Positions 51,397 to 61,764 of a stretch of DNA of 64,000 bases are shown piece by piece; position 1 is the first letter of the stretch; the number at the start of each line of letters is the position of its first letter. The stretch is from Utricularia gibba (Eukaryota; Plantae; Magnoliophyta), in NCBI GenBank assembly GCA_002189035.1, contig NEEC01000002.1, positions 620,001 to 684,000 on the forward strand, read 5' to 3'. The notes under the pieces are model-generated. The model did no database searches. It was given only the letters and a program-made list of their open reading frames with translations, and was not told the DNA's origin. The translations under genes and the position numbers were made by a program.

Positions 51397-51646
51397 AATT
51401 TATTAAGTTCTTGATCTCCTTAACCACTCGGACTGACAACAGCTTTTATTTACAAATATTTTTTCCTCTCACAATCTATGAACGGGCCGCCGCTGATTTC
51501 GACTTCAATAAGTTTCCTTCATTAGTATTTTACGGCACAAAAAAGAAAAAAAAAAATCAATAAGGTGGGGGAAGAGTGCGCTTTGGTATCGTCGCCGGAG
51601 CAGCGCTCGATTTCTCTTGCAAGGGACATCCGATCTTGTTGTGATA

Positions 51647-52579
51647 ATGGTATGAAACCTGATGTCGTGTTTGATCTACGCTACGATGACGCTGTTTTGT
51701 AATACAATGTTTCTTCCTTCTTGGTTGGTGCGTTGTTTTTCTTCTGAGTTGTCAACATTTGAATCATTTTTCTGGTTGAATTCTGATGAAGGAGAAATCG
51801 TGGGAGATTTGAGGTTCTCATCCGAGAATTCTGCAGTCTTTTCTTGTTCTCGATGCACGTCGAATTGAATTTTTTTTAATCTTGGATAATGGGTCTGATT
51901 CGTTTCATCTTGTTTGTAATGAGCATTGATTGATCCGTAATGTTAACAATTTATCTTTCTGGAGCACGCGAAGATTTGATTGATCCGTGATGTTAAACTA
52001 TTTCTCTTTCTGGAGCACGCGAAGATTTGATTGATCCGTGATGTTAAACCATTTCTCTTTCTGGAGCAAGCGAAGATTTACATGTATTGGCGTTTATTTC
52101 TTACATTCTGAGTCGCGTCTTAACATGTCCCCTTTTTTTTGTTGCCACGATGTGATCCTGATGGCGCAGATGTGTAGGTTTTTGCGAATGATGTCTCTTA
52201 TATTTTCACAGAGTAGTGTCCGTCATTGCAAACCTTTTGCAGTTGTGTGGTCAAACTTTGAATGTGCAGTTGTTGTAACATGATTCATTAACAGACGACA
52301 TCGAGGAGGCTTGCTGACAGGAAGGTGGAGAGGTTTGAGAAGAATATAACCAAGCGTGGTGCTGTCCCGGAGACTGGCACAAAGAAAGGAAGCAGCTATC
52401 CTGTTGGTCCCATCTTGCTCGGCTTCTTCATTTTCGTCGTCATTGGATCATGTAAAGCTTTCTGACCTTGCTCCTTTTCGTTTCTAAAGTGTATGCAGCG
52501 ACTGATCCCTGTGACAACGTTTCTTTGCACAGCTCTGTTCCAGATCATCAGAACGGCAACAAGTGGGGGAATGGCATGA
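51647..52579 (+). CDS. RAMP4: Ribosome-associated membrane protein RAMP4/SERP1 (68 aa); 3 exons
   Basis: ATG-only first exon (51647-51649), exon 52295-52451 and exon 52533-52579 give MTTSRRLADRKVERFEKNITKRGAVPETGTKKGSSYPVGPILLGFFIFVVIGSSLFQIIRTATSGGMA. Confidence 0.93.
51926..52077. repeat. Three tandem copies of a 50-51 bp unit in RAMP4 intron 1
   Basis: Unit TTGATTGATCCGTGATGTTAAACTATTTCTCTTTCTGGAGCACGCGAAGAT starts at 51926, 51976 and 52027. Confidence 0.92.
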
Positions 52580-52791
52580 TTTCTGTAGAACTTCCTGTGT
52601 TTTCTGTGTTGTCATCTGGTTCTAGAACTCTCTGGTGTACCCTGACCATTGCCAATGGCCTAAAGTATCGAATAAACAACTAATTATCCTTCAAATCTCT
52701 AACCCCAAATACAGAATAGCTGGTTCTTGCAGTTTACAATCGAGAAATGAAGAGCAATGCGGAGTAGAAAAGTTTTGTTGTCGAAATCTCC

Positions 52792-54042
52792 TCAAGGGAG
52801 AGCAGTGAGGCATGGCTGAAAAGCTATGCCACTGGCAAGGTACCTGACCTTCCTCCCCAAGGTGATCTTCACCCATTCCCTGCTCATCATGTTGTAAGTT
52901 ACCAGCCGGTTCATTTGCCGGGATCTCAGGGACAACATGAGCAAGCCTTGGTTTCCCAGGCAGGTCATTCTCACGTGCTTTCCATAGAACTCCAAGCACC
53001 ATAAGTTTGGCATTCTGTCAACCTCCTTCCACAGTAAAGTCATCTTCTGCAGCTCCCACACGCAGATGCAGGATGCTGCGTTTTTATTCAACAAGCCCAC
53101 GAGCATGATCTTCCCATCGCGTTCTGCTAGAGTTTGATCGCTTATATGTTGAGGAGAAGGAATGGCTAGCTGCTCCCAGACCCCGGTCTCCATGTTGCAG
53201 GACACAATTCCATCAGGATAGCTACGAAGGAAGTACAGAGTTCCTTTGACACAAATTGCTTGGGACCTGAAGTTGAGTGCCAGTGGAAGCTTGATAGTGG
53301 GGGGCATTTTTCCAGAGTAGCTCCATGAGTTCGTCATGGAGTCATAGATTTCGTACGCGCCCTCACAGCCAACGCACAGTATCTTGTAACCTGACTGCGG
53401 AGAAGGGCCATTTAGAGTCATCCCAACTGCCTCACGAGACCGGAGGTACATCGATTTTTGCGGTAACTCCTTGCAAGACATTGTTAGAGGATTGCAAATG
53501 TGGAAGCTTCTGCCGCCATGATCAAGGAAGCATATGAGCCCTCCTGCTGAGGCCACGGGTGAGCGTCTTGGTGCCGAGATGGAAACTGTGGGCTCCGGAT
53601 GGTACCACCTCTTTGAAGAAGGATCATACATCGATCCCTTGCATACTTTCTCATGAGTAACCGTGTAGAACCAAGATTGAGGCCGCTGCTTCCTCTGAGC
53701 ATACTCTTGGGAGAAACCTTGAGAACATGGCAGCATGTTCCATTTCTTGCAGACTACTCGAAGCCGGAAAATAGCTGCTATCGGCAGTCTTGCTATTACA
53801 GCTTCAATCAGATCTTCGGGGAACTCTTTCCAAATATCCTGGTCCATTGCTTCATTTGAGATTCTAGAGAGACGACTCCGCCCTTTACGAGGTCTCTTCA
53901 CGGAAGCCATACTCGGTTCCAGTATTCTCCTGTTTTCGGATTTCTGGACAGTCATCAAGGCGCTGTGGCGGATCTCCTTCGATACGCTAGTTCCTATATC
54001 AAAACACCATTTGCAAAATTCAATACCCATCTTCAGATTCAA
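52792..54042 (-). CDS. LCR: F-box protein LEAF CURLING RESPONSIVENESS-like (miR394 target); 5' exon unresolved
   Basis: F-box IWKEFPEDLIEAVIARLP..VCKKWN; WFYTVTHE; ASAGGLICFLD; WELQKMTLLWKEVDRMPN; SLRSRQMNRL. Carries the miR394 site. Confidence 0.9.
   Translation of the reverse strand: MNLKMGIEFCKWCFDIGTSVSKEIRHSALMTVQKSENRRILEPSMASVKRPRKGRSRLSRISNEAMDQDIWKEFPEDLIEAVIARLPIAAIFRLRVVCKKWNMLPCSQGFSQEYAQRKQRPQSWFYTVTHEKVCKGSMYDPSSKRWYHPEPTVSISAPRRSPVASAGGLICFLDHGGRSFHICNPLTMSCKELPQKSMYLRSREAVGMTLNGPSPQSGYKILCVGCEGAYEIYDSMTNSWSYSGKMPPTIKLPLALNFRSQAICVKGTLYFLRSYPDGIVSCNMETGVWEQLAIPSPQHISDQTLAERDGKIMLVGLLNKNAASCICVWELQKMTLLWKEVDRMPNLWCLEFYGKHVRMTCLGNQGLLMLSLRSRQMNRLVTYNMMSREWVKITLGRKVRYLASGIAFQPCLTALP
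53007..53026 (-). promoter_or_regulatory. miR394 target site in the LCR CDS
   Basis: The minus strand reads GGAGGTTGACAGAATGCCAA, complementary to miR394 (UUGGCAUUCUGUCCACCUCC) with one mismatch, within the codons for KEVDRMP. Confidence 0.93.
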
Positions 54043-56857
54043 CAGACATGGAAATTACACATGATACAGGCAGCGAAGGAGAATGCCTTATTTGGAGAGT
54101 GATACATCAAAAACAACCCTCCCGACTAATTCGAAAGGTATTTACATCGGCCTCATGCATATCATCTCAATCAACCAAACAACCTTAGGGCATGGAATTT
54201 AAGTAATAAATCAGAGGACCCAGAAGTCACAACCCAAACACTTCAAATCGAACAATAGAACGAACTTCTTAACCTGAGAGGGTGCTGTGCCCATCTTGGG
54301 GGTTACTGAAATCTCAAGTGTCCCTGGGACAGCGTTTTCGCACCAGAATCTCTTCCGATTGGGCGATAAGTTGCCCATCCATCACTCAAATGGATCACCC
54401 ATGTCTTGCGCCACCCAACTGCAGATTCTACAATACACCACAAGTCAACAAGACACGCCTTTTTGGGTTGATTTTTGTATGCGGCGCTTGGGCGGAAAAA
54501 AGCGCAGAACTTGGGGACGCAAGACAGGTAATACAATACCCGTGTAGAAAAAATTACAAATCTCAGCACTCCCTAAACACGAACACAAAAAAAATTACAC
54601 TACTGTTTTTTGAGCTGCATAGTTAACGCTGACACATATACCATCTTTTATAGAAGAGAGGAATTATTATTTCAAAACAGTCAACCAAATCTTCAGAAAT
54701 GTTTTTTAATGACAAAATACCTACTATCAGATTATGATTATGGCAACAATTCAAATTAATCCTACTTTTCTGCACTCAAAATATGATAGTCTCTCCCGGA
54801 TCAAATTCCCAGCAAATTTAGCAGATGCATCCAAGTAGTGACGATGTTTCAACCAAAAACCCGAAGGAATACCGAATCTACTCTTCACCCGAGCGACGCG
54901 ATAACAAATCCAGAAATCGCAATCAACACTCAACAACAACGTCATAGACGCGACTAAATCAGAAAATCTTCCCGATCGCAAGATCAACACAGTCGTTGAA
55001 AACATGAAGAATTCATTTCGGCAGCGAATCGGCTGCGACCTAATTCAGAATATGCTCCGAAAAGAATCGCCATTACATTCCTTCTCCTGCCCGTTAGCTC
55101 ATCCACCGGAGCAATGAAGTGGGTTGAACAGCAACCGCTTCAATCGCTGGTTTATACCTTCGCAGTTGGGCCACGTTTCATGGGCCTTCTATACAGATCC
55201 CAGCCATAGTGTCATTGACGTTGGGCCAAATCACGCAGGCTCAACTACATGTGGCCCATGATCTTCGATCGCCACTAGTCCACGAAATTATACTATTTTT
55301 AAAAATGAACATTTACCATAAATAAATAATATTTTTTAGTTAATAATTTGTATTATAATATTTTTAATTTTATGTATTATATGAATATTTAGATCGCATT
55401 TGATAGATTTAATGATTTGAAAAATAATTGTATTGATTTTTTACATTTATTATAAATATTTTTTTAATGTTAATCCTATGTGATGTGGGATATTTAAATA
55501 TAAACAATTTAAATAAATTATTATAAAACATTAGTTGATTTTATTGATGGTGAAATGATGGTGAGTGAGTGCACGGTGGTCCCGTGGACGCCACCGCAGC
55601 AGACGAAAACCCTCCGTCCCCAGCATTGAATCCAGATTCACCGAAGTCATTACAGCCTGGCTAATTGCAGACACTGCAGTTGCCAGAGATGTGCCCCCAC
55701 GGCGAAGCTGCAAGTGCAATTCTTCTTCTTACTTTAGGCCCCTTTTTGCTGATCTTCCGATGGGTAAAGTGAATGAAAATGCCCTTTCAACATTCACATT
55801 TTGTTTCAATATTTTACCCCACTTGTTCTATCAACCCCATCTCAGCTTTTTTACTTTTCCTTTGTTTGTTTGCGTGGTGGGCTTTTTTTTTTTTTTTTTT
55901 TTGAGGTCTCTTATCTTTTTGACAGACACTGGGGGTGAAATTGAATGTACTTGCTGTAGCGTAGTCGTTAAGGGAAGTTTTAGTTATTCACGATTGTAGA
56001 CTCTTGGTCTTCGTGATTAATTTTTGTCATTCGAATGTTATTCATATCAGTGAAAGTGAAATTCAGTGTTATTTCTACAGCTTTTATTGATTACTTCTCG
56101 CTTTTTCGTTTCGTTCATATTCTGTGAAGATAACGAACTTGTCTGCTGCTTCAGTGATGGCACAATGGAAGGAAATTGGTATCTGCCATCAGTATTTTTT
56201 TAATAGGTTGTAGTTAATGAACCCTTTTGGTATGTGGTGAGGAATGGCGTTTCTTCTTTTTCCTTCGGATCAATGCCATTTTCGGTGAAAGAGATGAGCA
56301 CTTATGAATAAAGGTGTGAAATATCCCATTCATGAGCATTGGAAGTAGAAAAGATTCCTCTTTTCTCTTGATTTCAACTTTCCCCGCTTTTACCATTTGG
56401 GTTGGTGAGAAGTAAAGACTTTCTGAATGATTTTACTGGACACTGTTGATTGAAAATGAAACCCCCAAGTCATTATAAATTTTCTACTTGTCCTTCACAT
56501 TTTTTCCAGAATGTGGACATTCATTCTATCTTTTCTCCGCTGTACTTGTTGGTAGTACTGAAACTTTTTTGTTCAGTACAAGCTTGTGTACTTCTCCTTT
56601 TTCTCTTTGGATTTCTGGACGCTCCCTACAAGTAAAAGTTTAAAAAACTTAAGGTGTTTCTGTCTTGTGTGTTGAATTAGCCGAGGCGCAGTGTTGCTTG
56701 TAGGTTTCTTTTTGTTTTTGAGGGTATGGTTTCAGCTTCATATCATTTATGAGTCCTTGTCTTCAACAGAACTAATGATTGTGTTGTGCGTGTTCTTGTT
56801 TTTTATTTCAGCTCCTTACAAGAGATGAATGTTTCTGTTTTATGGTACTCCATTAGA

Positions 56858-58267
56858 ATGAATTGTTCTGTGCAATCCCCGTCACAACTTTGAAACAAAA
56901 GCAGAACTTGGCTTTAGATGGATCAGGATTTACAACTTCCTATCATTTGCAAGAGCAGAAGAGAGACCTAGGCACCAACAGGGACAACGGTGTAATCGGT
57001 ATCTCCATGGGCTCCATCAGGGATCATGCGTATGCAACTAAGTACTCACGAACAGCTTCAGTTGAATCTTCCATCGTAGATGGTGGGATTCAGAATCCGA
57101 TCTCTAGGCTCATGACTTCTGAGGACTTCCCTAAATGCTCATATATGGGAACATTGATAAAAGATGCTGAGTTTTTTGGAACTTCCTCTCTACTTGCACA
57201 GGCTTCTGTGGGTGCCCTGGAGCCATTGATTGGATTGAAGCTCGGAAAGCGGACTTATTTCGAGAATACCGGCACTCCCTCTTCTCTGAATCTAAGCACA
57301 TCATCTAGACATAAATCGTCCTTTCAGAATCGCATACCTCGTTGCATTGTGGAGGGCTGCAGCGTTGATCTCTCATCAGCTAAAGGCTATCATCGGAAGC
57401 ACAGAGTTTGTGAGTATCACTCCAAATGCTTCAAGGTCGTCATCTCAGGAGTTGAGCGCCGGTTCTGTCAACAATGTAGCAGGTATCATCAGTTCTTTTA
57501 ACTATGCTTCCTTGCCGTATTTTCTAATCTGTATCTCTCCCTACATTAAGGTTCCACATCCTGTCGGAGTTTGATGACAAGAAGCGCAGCTGTAGACGGA
57601 GACTATATGATCACAACGCCCGTAGAAGGAAGCCACAGCTGGAAACTTTCCATATTAACGCTGCTGCCCTCTCATCATCCTTCTATGGTCCTGCAAGGAT
57701 TTTCACAAGGAAATTATTCATCTTGAGCTTAAGATATTAGTACTAATGTGCTTCCTTTTACACTGCGCAGGAGGGAAACAGATGAGTTTTCGGTTGATCA
57801 ATGGCTCAGCTTGCCACTCGGGAGAGTTGGGTAGCTCTGTATGGGATCACACCTCAAGCAGCCCCAAGTTCACAATCACCGGAGGATATCCTACAAAATT
57901 AGGCAGAGGTGGGTTTTTTCCATCCAGGAATCTGACTTCCAAGATCATTCCGTTTATTATACTGCAGACAATATCTTCTTCTCCATGAGTGCCAGGTACG
58001 AGGAATTCCTCGCATCCGGAGGTAGCACCGGAGCACTTCGGTGCTTACTCTCTTCTGTCAGCCAGCCACCGGGACTCGAGAGGAGTAGAATCTGTACCTT
58101 TTCATTGTCAAGGCATGCCCTGTGCAGCTGAGCCTGTGCTTCATGGAATGCATGAGCATCTACTGCCATTTTCTTATGGGGAAATCCCATCGTCATGGAG
58201 TCTCCCCAAAATCCAAACTTTCAGGACGCCCTACGAGTCTGATTTTTACGCCAATACGCTCAAGTAA
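56858..58267 (+). CDS. SBP-box transcription factor, SPL2/10/11 clade; premature stop at 57986-57988 (possible pseudogene or truncated allele)
   Basis: [13 protein letters not shown] motif; [27 protein letters not shown]|[28 protein letters not shown]. Exon 1 ends at 57482, exon 2 is 57551-57687, exon 3 starts at 57771. Start is uncertain (ATG 56858 out of frame, or 57007 in frame). Confidence 0.85.
58041..58060 (+). promoter_or_regulatory. miR156 target site (variant) in the SPL2/10/11-like gene
   Basis: GTGCTTACTCTCTTCTGTCA pairs fully with miR156 except for one G:U wobble at miRNA position 15. Confidence 0.9.
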
Positions 58268-58580
58268 CCGGATTTCGTGGCTTACAGATGCAGTTAAGTT
58301 GCTGGCCAACGCGAAGGCAACAATCTTTTTGAAGGACTCGGTTTCCGAGACCTGCATCGTGATCTAGTGGTGTTGTTTGAATTCATTATTGTCTTAGGCA
58401 GGTTTTCTTATTCTCCATCGTGTGGCAACTGTGTAAAAGAAGTGATTTTCCTTGAAAGATGAAATATTTGTACAATCACTTGCGTTGTTCAGGAACGCTC
58501 ATTACAGGAAATGGAAACGGGAAGGGGGTAGATGCAGCAACTCCACTCTCTACCACCAAAACCATCTCCAGGAGCTGCTC

Positions 58581-59602
58581 TCATTTTGGGGTGAAAGCCT
58601 GCAACACACACAAATCGGTTGTATAGCGTTATGGTGGAGATGTATGAATGTATTTCAAATTGGGAGTGCGTTGAGCTTACGGCGAAGATGGTTGCGTGGC
58701 CGGGATCCGCGAGATGAGCGAAGAGATTATCAATGGGTCCTGTTCCAGTGTAGATATGTTGAAACCAGGCACCGATGACGGCCAGCATCGCTAATCTCCC
58801 GTTCTTGATCTCCTTTGTTCGGATCTCCTTCACTTTTTCCGGTGACCCAGATCCCCAGCCCAGGGATCGAACCAGAGTCCGCCTGGGTAACCGACGTCGG
58901 TTCCGGTGAGCTTGTTGTTAGGGAAGATGGGATCGGTGTTCACGCTGCCGGGTTTGATGATATCCGCCCATCTCCGGCCCTCGGCCCATCCGATGAGAAT
59001 GAGCTCGATTATGAAAAGCGTGGTTGTATCAGTGAAATACTCCTGTTCGCCGGCCGTGTACCATGAGGGGTGTTGAGGACTCCGATCTTCGTGAGGAATT
59101 CAGGGATGAAGATCCCGGCGGCTCCCAGCATGGCCCATCTGCAGTGAACGATCTCCGATTGTTGGTTCCATTTCAAGGTCTCCGGATCAGATCCTGTGAT
59201 AATTCATCGGGATTCCTTAACATCCGAACTGAAGAATCTTGGTTTCAGCGGTTTGAAAGCTGAAAAAAGTGTACCTAGTCCAAGAGGGTCGAAGCCGAAA
59301 TCTCCAGGAAGGCTACCGTCGAGCCACGGAGGCGGAGTGCTGCCGGGGAACCAAAGGGGTCTATCTGGATCTGCCGCGGCGCAGACGGCAACCGATCGGG
59401 AGCTCGTCTGAGTTGCAGATTTGCCACCGCCCCTGAGTTTTCTCGATCCGAAAAAGGAGGTCTTGGTACTGGAACTGCAATTCAACTCGGAATTGAGCGA
59501 CGAATGTGAAAAGAAAGTAAACTGAGAGTGATCAAGTACTTGCCTTGGGGATGAGAAGGCCACGGCGGCGATGGCTGATGAGGCGCAAGCGGAGGCGGCC
59601 AT
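58581..59602 (-). CDS. LHCA2: Photosystem I chlorophyll a/b-binding protein Lhca2
   Basis: Transit peptide; [31 protein letters not shown]; [11 protein letters not shown]; [35 protein letters not shown]; [13 protein letters not shown]; ends AFTPK*. Confidence 0.96.
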
Positions 59603-59687
59603 GTCGACGGATTTTGGCTGGCGTCTAAGTGTCTGGTGCGTCCTCTAAATGGGCAGGGGCAGGCGCCCAAGATTTTGTAATCAACGG

Positions 59688-59771
59688 CTTATCTCTTGAG
59701 GATAGGGGCGAAGTTTGTGATTGGACGATTTCTATTCCACGTGGACACACGAATCTATCGACCGCCACGTG
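59688..59771 (-). promoter_or_regulatory. Light-responsive promoter module of LHCA2 (I-box, CCAAT, two G-boxes)
   Basis: On the minus strand, GATAAG at 59688-59693 and CCAAT at about 59720; CACGTG at 59738 and 59766; all 85-170 bp upstream of the ATG. Confidence 0.65.
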
Positions 59772-60090
59772 TCTCCTGCATATCAAAATCTCACACATGT
59801 GACACCCTCCATTGAAAAGGGAAATTATTGAGTTGCCGAAAACCTCACCTGCCACCCGCGGGTTGACTTGAACCCAAGGATCGACCCGACCCGAATCCAA
59901 CTCTACCCTTCCAAGTTCCAATTGAAGAGATATGTTACTAAGAACAAGGCGGATAAAATCACATTAAGGATGCAAACTGCAAATGATACAAATCCACACA
60001 GATTTCAGCCACAAGCTACAAATGAAAACATGCATCACATCTAATAGAAATCTGACTTAGAATCATATTCGCTGGGAGCTTCCATTAACA

Positions 60091-61179
60091 TCAGTCATTC
60101 TTCACTGCAGCCTCCTCCAGCTGCTTATAGGCCTTGGAAATTTCTTCAACTGGAACGAGAGGAGCATAGGAGAAGATGGTATAGCCCCTTTGATTCAGGT
60201 CTACGATCAGGCTGTTATACCTCTCTGACCAGTATGTAGCGGTGGGAAGAGCCATCTGAGTTAGTCCACTGAGAGGGGATACGCATTGGCTTTGTACCAC
60301 ACCAGAGCCAACTGAGTCACCGTGAATTGCTTGGAGAGTTGGCTGGCATGGATGAGAGCAGCTGCTGGACCATCGGCTTGGGCCTCGACGATCAGCTGCT
60401 GGAGGACCTGGTACGCCTTGTCAACCACTGTGTGTGCCTCGGAGACGAGCTTCTTGGCAGGGGGAGGTGCAAGCTTATCGAACTTGTTGACAACCACGTC
60501 CACCTACGTTAATGAGGAAGTGATGATGGCAGATAGCAAGCACCATTTGTTATAAGATGAAAAAGCAGTTACTTCATGGAAAGCTTTGACAGAAGGCATC
60601 ATCAGTTACATATAATTCATGTGGGGGAGGAACCACAGATAAAAGGCCAAACCAGATCTATTGGGTGTTTAACTTCAATATACCAGAATTCTAACTGTGG
60701 CATTTTAAACAGACCAATTCGCAGTACTAAATTTTTTGCTGACTTCAGAAAAGGGGTCACTTTACCAGAAACGATACAAAACGTAAATCAACAAGAATGG
60801 CGAAATCGGAGAAAATGGGAAGAACATAGGGAAAAAAAAAGCACCTTGCCGTCAAGAAAAACAAGGAAGTCGGTTGGTACGCCTTTGAATCTATCATAAA
60901 CAGGATCCGCAGCAGTCTTCACAGTTTTCTCCACTACGACGAGGGACGATTTCAAGGATCCAGAATTCTGCTTAGCATAATCATAAAGATTCGATACAAA
61001 GACCACGGTTTTCAGGGCCAGGGTCCTGATCAAACCCAAGTATTTCAACTGCCTTTCAGCACCTTCAACCTCAACCTAAAAATTTTCGCGAAAAAGAAAT
61101 CATAGATCAATCAGCGTTACAGAAAAGTCGCGGAGAGCAGATTCACGAATCCGCATCTACTAACCTGAGATGCAGCCAT
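60091..61179 (-). CDS. REF/SRPP family lipid-droplet protein (LDAP-like); 3 exons, with an apparent 1-bp frameshift at about 60275
   Basis: LKYLGLIR..NLYDYAKQNSGSLK..VKTAADPVYDRFKGVPTDFLVFLDGKVD; PTATYWSERYN..GYTIFSYAPLVPVEEI. Exons 61165-61179, 60845-61075 and 60091-60503. Confidence 0.9.
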
Positions 61180-61764
61180 GAACACGTTCTGGGAAACTCA
61201 GCGTCCTCGAAGATGAGCTGGCCCTCAGTGATTCAATATCACTGTTGGCGTGATGACCGAAGTAAGCAACAGTAAAGAAACTCCTCGAGACATTCGAGAA
61301 ACTTCCTACGCTGTCGACGGTAGAAAATCAGCCACGTGGTGCCCGAGGGCCCCGTCTAGCAAAGTGTTCACTCCCAAGTTCTAGTCGTTTGAAAACAACC
61401 GAATTTTAGTCCCCCCATCGTCTTGATCTGCAATGAACTGGCAGATTGAATCTTGTCCTACAGTTTTCTAAGATCTCGGAATGCGATAAGTTTGAATATG
61501 GTAGTTTCTTGGTGCCAAGATTTGGTTACTAAAGAAGATGGCATGTTGACACAAAATGCAAGCATATACCTTATTATTTCTTTGTGAGGGAGTCGAGGAT
61601 GGCATGCTGAAGCAAGTGGGCCCCAGAAAAAGAGAAGAAATGAGATAGGTTATGTATGAAGTTTACTGGTACTCTTCGTGGTAAAATCAAACTGAGCGGA
61701 GAAATGGATGTCAATCGAGAGATTGCTTGCGGCAGGTTGTGGAATCACTGTGAATTCAAGTGGC

